Shown one piece after another: positions 19,385-30,015 of a stretch of 64,000 nucleotides of DNA. Position 1 is the stretch's first letter; each line of letters starts with the position of its first letter. The translations under genes and the position numbers were made by a program. The DNA lies in the NCBI GenBank assembly GCA_963733095.1, contig CAVTBV010000012.1, positions 128,001 through 192,000 of the forward strand, in the 5' to 3' direction. The notes below the pieces were generated by a model. That model made no database searches and was not told the origin of the DNA. It was given only the letters and a program-made list of their open reading frames with translations. This stretch comes from Candidatus Bathyarchaeota archaeon (GTDB lineage: Archaea > Thermoproteota > Bathyarchaeia > Bathyarchaeales > Bathycorpusculaceae).

Positions 19385-21037
19385 ATGGCATATTTAACAC
19401 AAACCCAAAGTGGTCAACCAGTCCTCATCTTAAAAGAAGGAACCTCCCGAAGCAGAGGTAAAGAAGCCCAAAGAAACAACATCATGGCAGCACGAGTAAT
19501 CGGTGAAGTGCTAAAAACAACCTTAGGTCCACGAGGCATGGATAAAATGCTAATCGACAGCCTGGGCGACATAACAATAACCAACGATGGTGCAACAATT
19601 CTGAAAGAAATGGACGTTGAACATCCAGCAGGAAAAATGATGATTGAAATCGCCAAAACCCAAGATGACATGGTAGGCGACGGAACGACATCCGCAGTCG
19701 TTCTCGCAAGCGAATTACTCAAGAAAGCCGAAGAACTCCTCGACCAAAACATCCACCCAATCATACTCGTTGCAGGATACCGCAAGGCAGCACAGAAAGC
19801 AATCGAAATCATAGCGAAAAACGCTGTTGACATCGATGTTGAGGATCAAAAAATGCTGATGAAAGTTGCTTTGACGTCCATGGGAAGCAAAGCTGTGGGT
19901 GGTGCTAAAGAGCACTTTGCGGAAATAGCCATAGAAGCCGTAAAGCAGGTAACGGAAAAGCACGCAGACAAGGTAATTGCAGACATAGATAACGTTCAGC
20001 TGGTGAAGAAGACGGGTAAAAGCCTTGTCGAGACGCAACTCGTCAGAGGAATAATCATAGACAAAGAAATCGTCCATTCGGGGATGCCCAAGAAGAAAGA
20101 AAACGCGAAAATCGCACTTTTAGATATGGCGTTAGAGATTGAAAAAACCGAAATGACTGCGGAAATACGCATACATGAGCCCAACCAGATGAAAGCTTTC
20201 CTAGACCAAGAGGACAGCACACTCAAAGAAATGGTGACCAAGATCAAAGCTTCAGGCGCAGACGTAATCTTCTGTCAAAAAGGCATCGACGACATGGTAC
20301 AGCACTTCTTATCCAAAGAAGGCATAATGGCAGCCCGCAGAGTTAAAGAGTCAGACATGGAAAAGCTCGCGAGAGCAACAGGCGGACGAGTAAGCTCTAA
20401 CTTGAACGATTTAAAGCCGGGAGACTTGGGTTTTGCGGGCTTAGTGGAAGAGCGCAAGATCGGCGATGACAAAATGATCTTTGTTGAAAAATGCAAAGAC
20501 CCACATTCAGTAGCCATACTGATACGTGCAGGGCTTGAAAGAATGGTGGATGAAGCTGAAAGAGTAATAACCGATGCGTTGTCAGTAATTTCAGACGTCA
20601 TTGAAAACAATAAAATCGTCGCGGGCGGCGGCGCCATCGAAATCGAAATTGCTAAAGGACTACGCAATTACTCGACCAAAGTCGGTGGAAGACAGCAACT
20701 CGCAGTAGAAGCTTTCGCAGACGCAGTCGAAGTCATCCCACGCACACTCGCAGAGAACGGGGGCTTAGAAGCCATAGACATACTCATAGAGTTACGTCAA
20801 GTGCACGATAAAGAAGATGGCAAATTCATCGGCATTAACGTATTTACAGGTAAATTGCAAAACAGCATTGAAAACGGCGTCATAGAACCAATCGTCGTTA
20901 AGGAACAAGCTATAAAATCAGCAGCCGAATCAGCAGCCACAATACTACGCGTAGACGACGTAATCACAGCCAAATCTCCAAAGGGAAGTCCAGGTGGCCC
21001 AGGCGGCGGAATGCCGGGCGGCATGGGCGAAGAATAA
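19385..21037 (+). CDS. Thermosome (group II chaperonin) subunit
   Basis: TTLGPRGMDKML, TNDGATIL, GDGTTS, GGGA, Gly/Met-rich tail. Confidence 0.97.
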   Translation: MAYLTQTQSGQPVLILKEGTSRSRGKEAQRNNIMAARVIGEVLKTTLGPRGMDKMLIDSLGDITITNDGATILKEMDVEHPAGKMMIEIAKTQDDMVGDGTTSAVVLASELLKKAEELLDQNIHPIILVAGYRKAAQKAIEIIAKNAVDIDVEDQKMLMKVALTSMGSKAVGGAKEHFAEIAIEAVKQVTEKHADKVIADIDNVQLVKKTGKSLVETQLVRGIIIDKEIVHSGMPKKKENAKIALLDMALEIEKTEMTAEIRIHEPNQMKAFLDQEDSTLKEMVTKIKASGADVIFCQKGIDDMVQHFLSKEGIMAARRVKESDMEKLARATGGRVSSNLNDLKPGDLGFAGLVEERKIGDDKMIFVEKCKDPHSVAILIRAGLERMVDEAERVITDALSVISDVIENNKIVAGGGAIEIEIAKGLRNYSTKVGGRQQLAVEAFADAVEVIPRTLAENGGLEAIDILIELRQVHDKEDGKFIGINVFTGKLQNSIENGVIEPIVVKEQAIKSAAESAATILRVDDVITAKSPKGSPGGPGGGMPGGMGEE

Positions 21038-21185
21038 ATTTTCCCCTTTAATTTTTTAGAAAAAAAAGTGTGTAAAGTTAAAGAAATCTAGTTTCTTATA
21101 ATCAAAATTGCTTTTAAATCGAACACCAAATCTGCTTATTGTTTATATCTTTGTTTTGAGTATTCTTTTTTTGAGAGCGATTTTT

Positions 21186-21524
21186 ATGGCGATATTTTTG
21201 ATAGTTTCTAGACATTCTCCGGAGAACTGTCCGATAAACAATGAAAAAATGAAAAAAATAACTCTGGAGTTACCAGAGAAATTAGGTGCATTGGAAGAAA
21301 AACATGGAATCAAGAGGATTGGGGCGTGGACTGTGATTCCTGAACATTTGACTGTGTGGGTGTATGAAGCCCCAAGTTCTGAAAGCCTCCAGAAATTTTC
21401 CATGGAGCCTGAAATGGTAAAATGGATGGCTTGGAACACCAACGAGATCAAATTAGCGATGAGTCTTGAAGAGAGCATAGACTTGTTAAATAAGCCAAAC
21501 ATGAATCGTACGCTTGAAATATAA
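21186..21524 (+). CDS. Small dimeric alpha/beta-barrel-like protein (GYD/DUF3303-like)
   Basis: MAIFLIVSRHSPENCP...EHLTVWVYEAPS; start reassigned to ATG 21186. Confidence 0.65.
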   Translation: MAIFLIVSRHSPENCPINNEKMKKITLELPEKLGALEEKHGIKRIGAWTVIPEHLTVWVYEAPSSESLQKFSMEPEMVKWMAWNTNEIKLAMSLEESIDLLNKPNMNRTLEI

Positions 21525-21559
21525 ATAATATTGAAGTAACAAGGAGTATGAAAGTTTAG

Positions 21560-21889
21560 ATGGTTAATTCTACCGTAGCTTTGCCGGTAAAGTGGGAAAA
21601 GTTTCTTAAGCAGTTAGCGGACGATCATCAAGTTGACTTGAATGGCGTTTTCAGTGAGTTGTGTGAGTGGGCTTTTTCCAATGCTGAAGGCAAAAAACAG
21701 TTTAGACTATGGTTAGACGATGCTTTTCCTCCAAAAGGTGAAGCTGAAGATAAAGCGCGGGATGCAGGCGCCAGAGAAAGAGCCCGTGAAGAAGAGGCAG
21801 AAGAAGAGTTTGAAGAAGAAGCTCATGAAGACGAAAACTACAACGAGGACATCGCCGGAGAGAACATCAAAGGGGAATTCAAGCCCTAA
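21560..21889 (+). CDS. Hypothetical protein, RHH-like N-terminus and acidic tail
   Basis: 109 aa; GGAG upstream. Confidence 0.65.
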   Translation: MVNSTVALPVKWEKFLKQLADDHQVDLNGVFSELCEWAFSNAEGKKQFRLWLDDAFPPKGEAEDKARDAGARERAREEEAEEEFEEEAHEDENYNEDIAGENIKGEFKP

Positions 21890-22111
21890 ATTGGCGATCA
21901 AAGTTTTCTATCATTATTGTTTCTTTCTTTTTTCTTTAGCTTGTCAACAATATCTGATTGTTCAGTACTCTTGATTAAGCAATATCGTGGATTGCACATA
22001 TGCGAATGGCAATGGACGAAGGAATTAAGCAATTGTGAAGCAACAAGGTATTGTTTCTTTTCAGAAAAGCAAGTAAGGAAAAGAAAACGTAACCATTCAG
22101 AGAAGGCCATT

Positions 22112-22324
22112 TTGAACGCAAAAATAGGTTTGATAGCAGCTTTAATTGTAACAGCCGTTATTGGAGTGTATGGCATAGAATTGGGCATTCGTGCGTCAAA
22201 CGGCAGTGAACGCCCTGAAATCCTAGCTATCGTGCTAATAGTACTTGTATTGTTGTTTTTTATTAATATGATATTATTAGCTAAGCATCAAAAAACGAAC
22301 AAAGGGAAATCTTTTGAAGCATGA
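22112..22324 (+). CDS. Small two-TM membrane protein
   Basis: C-terminal part of ORF 21917..22324 has two hydrophobic helices; TTG start near 22112. Confidence 0.4.
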   Translation: MNAKIGLIAALIVTAVIGVYGIELGIRASNGSERPEILAIVLIVLVLLFFINMILLAKHQKTNKGKSFEA

Positions 22325-23195
22325 CTTAAGTAAGGATAAGGAGTAAGTTGCGCTAAAACCTACTACGATGAAACGCCATCACTACAACCTCAATAATAGC
22401 AACAAGAACAATCGCCAACCATTTATATTGTGACTTTTAATTGAAGCATGTTTCCTAATTCTTGAAAACTCTTAATCAAATGTCTTGGCAAACATAAAGC
22501 CCAGCTGCAAAATAAAAAAAGACCTTAAAAAGAAATTCATTGGCTTAGCTATTTACATAGCCTTGCTTTTAGAAGTGGTGTCTGGTTTCGCTGACAAGAT
22601 TCCCATTAGTAAAGCAAATAGACCATAAAACTAACCAGTTTATTCTTGCCAGTTTAGTTATGGTGTTTTTCTTGGTGACAATTTTCTATGTTCTTACCGC
22701 CTTAGGCATTCTCTAAAATCGCGTTTAAAACATCTAAAAAACATTCACACTGACTTAACCATTTCTGAAAAAGAAAAGAGGTTTTTTGGCTGTTAACAGT
22801 ATGAATGTTCTTCTAGAGAAGCGTGTTTCTTAAAGGTCGACAGAAGAAAAAGGGGGTTGTACGAGTGAAATTTAAGTTTAGTTTGAAAACAATCATGACT
22901 TTATACCACATTCCGTGTCAAAGGGAATCTGTCGACCGGTTAGGTAAAGAAAGGGAAAAAACATTCGTTGCCCAAGAACCAAAATTATACTAATCAAAGA
23001 AGCCCTAAGACAGAGAAAATGATTCAATTTGACTTATCAGCCTATAGTTAACAACCTGCCCAAAACATCAGAAAGAGCGGTCAAAGCAGTTTCACCAACG
23101 TATTCCCACACTTAAAATCAAAACAAGCCAGCGTGCTTTGTTCTGCTAATTAATTTTCAGAACGATTCGAATCGTCATAACGTTCAAATAGTTTC

Positions 23196-23516
23196 TTGAG
23201 AACATTGTTTTTTGGTAGTTTTGACTTGAAAGTTTGTAAATTGAACGGGATGAAAGTAATTACATCTGATGCTTTCACTCTTGGAGAAGTGGAGAATTCC
23301 GACGCTGACACAATCGCGTGGCATATAAATTATCTACAAGTAGAACTGACCAAAGAAGCTTCTGATGCGCTTGGATTGAAAAAACCTCTGCTGGGTGCAA
23401 TAACAGTATCTTTACCTACAAATTTCGTTAGGAACATCGGCGATGTCATAACGGTCTACAAGACTCTTGAAGAATTGAAAAATCTCAAGGAATACAAAAG
23501 CGAGCAAAAAAGCTAA
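23196..23516 (+). CDS. PRC-barrel domain protein
   Basis: LNGMKVITSDAFTLGEV...WHINYLQVEL...IGDVITV; true start probably TTG 23226. Confidence 0.8.
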   Translation: MRTLFFGSFDLKVCKLNGMKVITSDAFTLGEVENSDADTIAWHINYLQVELTKEASDALGLKKPLLGAITVSLPTNFVRNIGDVITVYKTLEELKNLKEYKSEQKS

Positions 23517-24103
23517 TCACTAAACTACGGTTTTTTTACTCTGACCTATCAAAATTTAAACAACAAACCAGAGAGTTCCTATGTACAAGTTTTGCAGGTG
23601 GGCACTTAACAAGCATTCTTCTGAAGCATTTAGGATCAACTACTCTTGGAAAAGGGTGTTTGAGATTTTTGCTGTTATTCCAGCTAGCAGCTATCATTTG
23701 AGCTCTAGCAATAAGAATATCTGCAATCATGATTACAACCGCTACCATAAACATCAAAGGCGAAGTGAATAGGCGCACCTTTCTACTTCTTTCTTTTGAG
23801 GATTCAGGGCTGATAAGTAAGTTGAGTAGGACATTTTGTTCTCTGCTTATTAGATTAGTCTATGTATAAACTATTTTTATAAAATTGTTGACCTCTCAAT
23901 TGCTTTAGTGCACATAAGTCATAGTTAATCAAATCCAAGAGGGAAAGGGAACCACTTTAATGGTGCGTTTCCATCCCAAAATGCTAAATGTTAATGGCTT
24001 TAGAGAAATAAATGCTTGGCATGTTCGGTGAGTACAGTTTTAAATCTACGTTTTCGTTGAGCTCAACTTTCCGACGTACTCTTTCAGTGTGAAAAGCTCT
24101 GAC

Positions 24104-24463
24104 TTAATTTTGGTTATCAGGTTTTTCGGGGGATCTCAATTGCTTTCTTATTATGACAAAAAGCGCAAAAAAGAGCACACCTGCTGTGACGCCTGAAGTG
24201 ATGCCCATGATGTACAATGCCTCCCACGCCGGCATAGATGTGCTAAGGTACTTGAAAGAACCTATGAGTATGAACAAGGAAGCTGAACCAATAAATGAAA
24301 TCCCCAGAGCCATCAAGACACTGCCAATTATGCTTATGATTAGAAGTCTTTTGAGGCGGTTCTTTACAGTAGCCTCCGTTTCATTCAAGTATTCTTTAAG
24401 GATGGCTTTTATCTCGCTTAGAATAGCTCCAATTATTTCCCTTAACGAAATTTTTTCTGACAT
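24104..24463 (-). CDS. Two-TM membrane protein, YqjE/holin-X-like
   Basis: Amphipathic N-terminus, two TM helices, basic tail. Confidence 0.65.
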   Translation of the reverse strand: MSEKISLREIIGAILSEIKAILKEYLNETEATVKNRLKRLLIISIIGSVLMALGISFIGSASLFILIGSFKYLSTSMPAWEALYIMGITSGVTAGVLFFALFVIIRKQLRSPEKPDNQN

Positions 24464-24589
24464 CTAATAATTACGCCTCTTCCAAAAAACAGATCTACCG
24501 AAACCAATCGTGTTATTCGAACACGCTAGCTAAGTAAAAGTGTTTCAAAATTCTCGTATCTAGTTTAGCTTAGTGTCTATTTTAAGATT

Positions 24590-24611
24590 GTGACTGTGTG
24601 ACTGCAACAAC
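24590..24611. promoter_or_regulatory. 22-bp island motif, bidirectional (GTGACTGTG-TGAC-TGCAACAAC)
   Basis: TTAA-type boxes on both sides; between divergent genes 24463 and 24665. Confidence 0.7.
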
Positions 24612-24664
24612 GTGAGTTTAATAGTCTCTGTAATTACCCCTTACTTGTTTGGAGTTGCTGATTT

Positions 24665-24991
24665 TTGGGCGCGATAGACCAAGTTATTAATTTTATTACT
24701 TCTGGAAGCGTCGGCGGTATTCCACCATTAATTTTGATGATTATTCCATTTGTTATCGGACTTATCGTGGGCTATCTAGTACACAAGATGCTGAAGATCG
24801 CGATTATAGCGGCCATTATACTGGTCGTAGTTGCTTACTTTGGGTTTTTCGGTTTAAGTCTTGGCGCCTTGAAAGGCATTGCAGACACATATGGTCCTAT
24901 AGCAATTCAATATGGAGTACTTCTCATGGGTATACTACCGCTTGGTTTAGGACTAATAGTTGGTTTTGTAATCGGATTCATATTATCGTAA
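24665..24991 (+). CDS. FUN14-like small membrane protein
   Basis: PFVIGLIVGYLVHKMLKIA...LGLIVGFVIG pattern. Confidence 0.65.
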   Translation: MGAIDQVINFITSGSVGGIPPLILMIIPFVIGLIVGYLVHKMLKIAIIAAIILVVVAYFGFFGLSLGALKGIADTYGPIAIQYGVLLMGILPLGLGLIVGFVIGFILS

Positions 24992-25335
24992 TCAAGTATT
25001 CCATCTTTGTTGTAAGCTACTGAAATAGGAGTAGAGGAGGTTTGAGACTATTTCATGCGTATACTATTTGTGGGAACCTAACAAAAAAAGTATTTCTACA
25101 AAAAAGCTAAAAGACAACAACACAACCAACTCCTGTAACTGCACTCAACCGGACAAATATTTGTCGGATACCCATTTAATTCCCAAGGTCAAAATAGATT
25201 TGAACTAAAGAAAAAGTTGTACAAAATGCTGGTAATATTTGACTGAAAAGTAATACTGAAGAATGTTCTGTAGAGTTTATAAAATTTAGAATGCCATTTC
25301 TGTCATTATCCTTTTGAATATCATTGCGCCGTGCT

Positions 25336-25905
25336 TCATTCTGGTTTCAACTTCAAATTCCTAAGTGTATCCGCTCGAATGACGCGTAAACCCGTTAAAG
25401 GGTCGTGAAGAGCTATGCCGTTTATAATATTGTGGCTGAAAGCAAGGAGTTTATTTCCCAAATAGAATCGATTGATTAACGCTTTGTTGTCTAGTTGAGA
25501 GGTAAATCGGTTGCCACAAACCATCCCTACTTCTGATTCCTTCTCTAGAATTTTAATCATCTCAGGAACATATTTGGCAGGGTAAGTGAAATTAGCATCT
25601 GTGAGTACAATGTAGTCTGAATTGCCATTTGTTTGCTTTGGCGCCTTCGAGATAGCATCTCCCTTTCCCACTCCGTCTTGAAAAGCAATATCCACGCCTA
25701 GATTCTTTGCGATCTATAGTCCTATCGTTGCTATGTCCGTCAACAACTATAATGTGCGGTGAATCAAGATTATCTTTAAGCCCCGTTATTGTAAGTCCAA
25801 TTACGTCTTCTTCATTTAAAGCCGCGATTACTATGGTAGAGCGCGGATAGTTTAGCTGTTTTTCAAAGTGATCTCTATAAACTGCAAATTACTTAGTTCA
25901 TTCAA
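25336..25905 (-). pseudogene. GT2 glycosyltransferase (DPM1-like), frameshifted and truncated
   Basis: IVIAALNEE...IIVVDGHSNDRT, frameshift near 25713, then GKGDAI...DANFTYP...DPLTGLR, then truncation. Confidence 0.8.
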
Positions 25906-26153
25906 CAATTTCGTTTCTTTACTACTTAATCATACTCTTCACTTTTCAGGTGCTTTAAGGTTGACTTTGATAAGTGTGTCAAACAATTAGTCCCGCACGC
26001 ATCAAAAAACCTGGGGTGGAGCGTACGCCTATTCCATTAACCTGTTTGTTATAGCCCTTTAGGACATGTTTAACTATATGGCGAAAGGTTAAAATTCACC
26101 GTAATCTGTCTTTCGGTATTCTCTTTTGTATTAGATTTACTTCAAAGGGTGGG

Positions 26154-26843
26154 GTGAAAATGCCGAAGTTAAAACAGTTCACAAGAAAGAGACTGAAAAA
26201 ATTCGATGGAAAAGATGGAAAACCTGCATACATTGCCTATAAAGGATTAGTCTTTGATGTTTCAGATAGCCGTCTCTGGACTGGTGGGGTGCATCAAGGT
26301 CATCATTCAGCCGGAGATGAATTTGCTAAAGGAATGGAAAATGCACCTCACGGCAAAGAAGTACTCGTGAAGTTGAGCGTTGCTGGTGAACTGGTAGTAG
26401 ATGAATCTTGGAAGTATAGACTTGTGCAAAGGATGCTTGGGTTTCACCTTCACCCTATTTTTGTTCATTTCTCTATAGCGTATTCTATTCTCGTCCCTTT
26501 ATTGACTCTCATGTATCTGTTTACGGGTGAAATCTGTTTTGACTCGGCAGCGTACTTTTTACTTATTTTTGGATTATTGGCGGCTGCATTTGCAGGAGGC
26601 TCTGGTCTTTTCAGTTGGAAATTTAATTATCATAGTTGGCTGAGCAAAATTTTTTCCAAAAAAATAGCATTTACTGCTATTTTGATAGCTGTTTCCACAG
26701 TTTGTTTTGTTTGGAGAACCATAGACCTCAACATACTCATAGCAAGGACAGATTTAGTCTACATTTATGTAGCATTGGTAGTCAGCTTTATACCAATAGT
26801 TGCAATTATTGGATATTATGGAGGAGAAATAGTCCACGCTTAA
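26154..26843 (+). CDS. Cytochrome b5-like heme/steroid-binding domain fused to DUF2231-like membrane domain
   Basis: FDGKDGKPAYIAYKGLVFDVS..LW.GG.H..HSAG...APHG; HPIFVHF plus 4 TM. Confidence 0.85.
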   Translation: MKMPKLKQFTRKRLKKFDGKDGKPAYIAYKGLVFDVSDSRLWTGGVHQGHHSAGDEFAKGMENAPHGKEVLVKLSVAGELVVDESWKYRLVQRMLGFHLHPIFVHFSIAYSILVPLLTLMYLFTGEICFDSAAYFLLIFGLLAAAFAGGSGLFSWKFNYHSWLSKIFSKKIAFTAILIAVSTVCFVWRTIDLNILIARTDLVYIYVALVVSFIPIVAIIGYYGGEIVHA

Positions 26844-26868
26844 GGCTTAGACTCTAAGGGGATATCAT

Positions 26869-27105
26869 GTGTCGAAGAAACCAAAAGAAATGGCAGAAAT
26901 GGGTGAAATAATAGCTATCGCCATAGCCCGGGAACAAGCTTCAATCAAATTTTACACAGAAGCCTTTGTTAAAACAAAAGCAGAAGATTATCGCAGAATA
27001 TTTTTACATCTTATAGAACAAGAGGAAGAACATGAGGCTAAGCTAAAAGCACTGCTTAATGAAATCAAAGCGGAAATTGAAATGCGCCTAAGAAAATCAA
27101 AATAG
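26869..27105 (+). CDS. Short ferritin-like/rubrerythrin-family protein
   Basis: AIAREQASIKFY...LIEQEEEHE. Confidence 0.8.
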   Translation: MSKKPKEMAEMGEIIAIAIAREQASIKFYTEAFVKTKAEDYRRIFLHLIEQEEEHEAKLKALLNEIKAEIEMRLRKSK

Positions 27106-27246
27106 TACGCGCGGATAAATCACTTTTCCAAGTAGAATATCTATAATTGTTTGGAAAAAAAAACCAAATTTTTATTCTTGTTACATAAGTAACTTCTAAT
27201 CTCTTATTTTAAGATGTATTTCTATGCTTGAGATTTGGGAAAAATT

Positions 27247-27629
27247 TTAGGATGACTGTAGTTTTATGATACCTTCTGTAAGGGTTCCCGTTTTGTCAGA
27301 GCAAAGCACGTTCATACTGCCGAAGTTCTCAATGGATGTGAGCCGCTTAACAATCACCTTTTGAGTTGCCATTATCTTGGCTCCGTGAGCTAAGTTAATA
27401 CTAATAATAGATGGCAATAACTGAGGTGTAAGACCAACTGCGAGAGCTAAAGAAAAGAGAAGAGAATCCAGTACAGAACGTGCAAAATACACGTTTATAG
27501 CTAAGGTGACAACAACCAGCACCAGGTTACTTCCATGAGGAGATAACCAAAATGCGGGACTCCAAGTTCAAACTCTGTTTCAGGCGGTCTGAGTTTTAGG
27601 CGTGCAGAGACTTTGCCGAACTCTGTTTG
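27247..27629 (-). pseudogene. Fragment of Mg2+-transporting P-type ATPase (MgtA-like)
   Basis: QTEFGK..PPETEFE, frameshift near 27526, LAVGLTPQLLP...ENFGSMNVLCSDKTGTLTEG; both ends missing. Confidence 0.85.
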
Positions 27630-27719
27630 TAACCGAAACAGATATATTAATAAAAACCCGATGATTTCGTTAGGTCAATCGATATGTTTTGATAACCCTA
27701 TTATTAATGCCGTGATTCT

Positions 27720-28238
27720 TTGGGAAAACGTGTTTTTGACATTGTGGATTCTTTAAGATTAGGAATTATGCAGTTGACCAGGCATAGAGAGCGGCGAGAA
27801 ATTAACATCGACGTGTTTGCTAATCCTGAGAAGTACTCACTACGGTTGCCAATAGAAAAAATCGTCGCCGACACAAAAGTCGATCCGGAAGCCATAGAGA
27901 TGTACAAGAAGAAGATCGAAAACGGGGAGAAAATTGAACCATTAATCGTTGTTAAGCATCCAAAATTTGATGTATATGCAGTTTTAGATGGGCATCACAG
28001 GTATTACGCTCTTTTAGAAGTAGGAAAGAAAGAAGTTGATTGTGCCTTGGCCGGAGATTTCTCTAGTCTAATGTTTTACATGACTGAACACGGTTATTTT
28101 CAACCAAGACCGCAAACCAAAGAAGAAAATCAAAAAAAGATTATCCATTTACACGAAAATGTCCAAGATTTTCTTCAGAATTTTCTGAAAGACCCAAACA
28201 AATTACAAAAGCCCAAGAGAGAAAACCAACCAGTATGA
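27720..28238 (+). CDS. ParB/sulfiredoxin-like domain protein
   Basis: IEPLIVVKHP...YAVLDGHHRYYA. Confidence 0.82.
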   Translation: MGKRVFDIVDSLRLGIMQLTRHRERREINIDVFANPEKYSLRLPIEKIVADTKVDPEAIEMYKKKIENGEKIEPLIVVKHPKFDVYAVLDGHHRYYALLEVGKKEVDCALAGDFSSLMFYMTEHGYFQPRPQTKEENQKKIIHLHENVQDFLQNFLKDPNKLQKPKRENQPV

Positions 28239-28387
28239 TGGTTAGTTCAGAATTTTGAACCCCTAAAAAATATGACTTTGGGAGTAACCGGGAAAAAAAT
28301 TGTAATGACGACTCTATGGAGTGAATGTTTACAAAAAAGTTGGGAAGCCGCCTGTTGACGCAGCTGGCTGATTTGTTTGGCTTCTGG

Positions 28388-28546
28388 TTATATTCTGCGT
28401 CCCGTAAGGAGTCGATAAAGTATTATGATGACAGCTATGACAAGCAGTACCCATATGATGGTGCCAAGGTTGAAGATGAAAAAGCCTAGAAGCCACAGTA
28501 AGACAAGGATCACAGCAACTATGAAAAGAAAATCAAGTGCGCGCAT
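28388..28546 (-). CDS. lmo0937/DUF5670-family small membrane protein (52 aa)
   Basis: Not in track; hand translation MRALDFLFIVAVILVLLWLLGFFIFNLGTIIWVLLVIAVIIILYRLLTGRRI. Confidence 0.8.
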   Translation of the reverse strand: MRALDFLFIVAVILVLLWLLGFFIFNLGTIIWVLLVIAVIIILYRLLTGRRI

Positions 28547-28593
28547 TTTCAAAAACTCAATTACCCTTAACTCGCCAGCCTATTTTAAGATGT

Positions 28594-28615
28594 GTGACTG
28601 TGATTAAACAGTAAC
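28594..28615 (-). promoter_or_regulatory. 22-bp island motif (GTTACTGTT-TAAT-CACAGTCAC)
   Basis: Followed by ACATC-TTAAAA, upstream of gene start 28546. Confidence 0.72.
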
Positions 28616-28648
28616 AGTTGCCTAACTTTTTACTTCAACTATCCATTT

Positions 28649-28670
28649 GTAGCCACAGCCTCACAGTCAC
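28649..28670 (+). promoter_or_regulatory. 22-bp island motif (GTAGCCACA-GCCT-CACAGTCAC)
   Basis: Followed by ATACAC-TTAAA. Confidence 0.65.
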
Positions 28671-28695
28671 ATACACTTAAACCAACCAAGGACTA

Positions 28696-28790
28696 GCTAT
28701 AAGAAAGGAACAGACATGTGGATGGACAATAGATTGTATTAATAGTTGCACAAGACAACCTGCACATGTACCTAAAACCAGTAACAATAG
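28696..28790 (+). pseudogene. 3' remnant of a PRC-barrel paralog of 31721..32005
   Basis: KGTDMWMDNRLY*/VAQDNLHMYLKPV versus KGVARWTDKGLQLKVSKDQLHMYLRPV. Confidence 0.7.
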
Positions 28791-28836
28791 CTTAGATCTG
28801 CAAAATTTTAGCGTATTTTGGGAGGTGTAACAAATT

Positions 28837-29034
28837 ATGTCAGAGCAAAAAATAGATGTCAAAGAACAGATACAGAAGATGGGTGCGAAATGGAGTGAAT
28901 TCCAGGAGACTTGGGTTTCTCACTTCAAAGATATGGAAGTTGATGTGTTAGAATGGAATTTTGGTGTTGGAAAAACCGGCGAAGACACTATCTTTGAAAT
29001 GAAAGCTAAGGTCGCTGTAAGACAAAAGAAGTAG
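28837..29034 (+). CDS. Small hypothetical protein
   Basis: 65 aa, GGAGGTG RBS. Confidence 0.7.
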   Translation: MSEQKIDVKEQIQKMGAKWSEFQETWVSHFKDMEVDVLEWNFGVGKTGEDTIFEMKAKVAVRQKK

Positions 29035-29173
29035 TGTTTTTTAACACATTTAGGGTAAATCAACACCCTATTTCGTTAAGACCAGGACTCATTTTGCAGT
29101 TGTTGATTTAACCCTTCTTTTATTTGATGATTTTATAAATTTTAATCACTAAAATCTCTGTGTTGGGTGCATA

Positions 29174-29671
29174 TTGTTAACTAAAGATATAAAAAAAACA
29201 AATGAAGAAATAGAAAAAATAGCACAAAGGATTTTGCTAGAGCTTGAATCCGCAAGTTCCACAGATTTATCTGACGCCCGTTATGCCAAAATGATGTTAC
29301 GTTTGTCAGATGCCAATTACGCAAAAGGAGTACTGCAAGAGATGGACGGAAATAAATCTGGAGCAGAAAATGAGTTAGAGAAAAGAGCAGTGATAAAGGT
29401 TCTGTTGTTTTCTACGTGGGTGCAGCGACTTTATTTTATAATAAGGTCTTTTCTCATGGGGCTCATAAGTGCTGGAGTTACATATCTTATCATATGGTAT
29501 CTTGGTTCAATAAATGTTATTGGAAGCATAATAATCGGCACGTTTGTGTTTGTATTTTCCCTGGCTATAACAAGATTATTCGATACTCAAATAACGCAAG
29601 CTACAAAAAAGATAGTTGAACTCATGTCTAGTCATAGAGCCATTAGAGATTTTATCATGAAACACTTCTAA
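29174..29671 (+). CDS. Hypothetical two-TM membrane protein
   Basis: 165 aa with two hydrophobic segments. Confidence 0.7.
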   Translation: MLTKDIKKTNEEIEKIAQRILLELESASSTDLSDARYAKMMLRLSDANYAKGVLQEMDGNKSGAENELEKRAVIKVLLFSTWVQRLYFIIRSFLMGLISAGVTYLIIWYLGSINVIGSIIIGTFVFVFSLAITRLFDTQITQATKKIVELMSSHRAIRDFIMKHF

Positions 29672-29711
29672 CTCAAGAGAGCGACAGTCAAATAGTGTCA
29701 CCACCCTCTTT

Positions 29712-29733
29712 GTTGCTGTAGGTTAATAGTCAC
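29712..29733 (+). promoter_or_regulatory. 22-bp island motif (GTTGCTGTA-GGTT-AATAGTCAC), orphan copy
   Basis: Followed by ATACGC-CTAAT (degenerate TATA); no intact gene directly downstream. Confidence 0.55.
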
Positions 29734-30015
29734 ATACGCCTAATTTCTCTACTAACTTTGATTAAAGTAAGTTGTTTGATAATAACGACAGCTTTAAGAA
29801 GTTTCGAACCATCAGTAGACTTTGTAGGCAGAAGCATTATTCTAATTTCAAAAAAGTTACGCATAATCCTCAATTTAGGAATGTTGTAATAGATAGTCCT
29901 CTCAGTGAAAAAAACATTTTATCCAAAACCCCATTTGGGGGAGCACCTAAATTACCTTTATATTCTTAAAATAGCCCAATTATAATTGACCAGTCAGAAG
30001 ACGGCGGTTGTTCTC

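Noticed and set aside
22428-22451. Possible extra copy of the 22-bp motif (AAAAGTCAC half-site)
   Set aside because: The left half does not match and there is no intact downstream gene.
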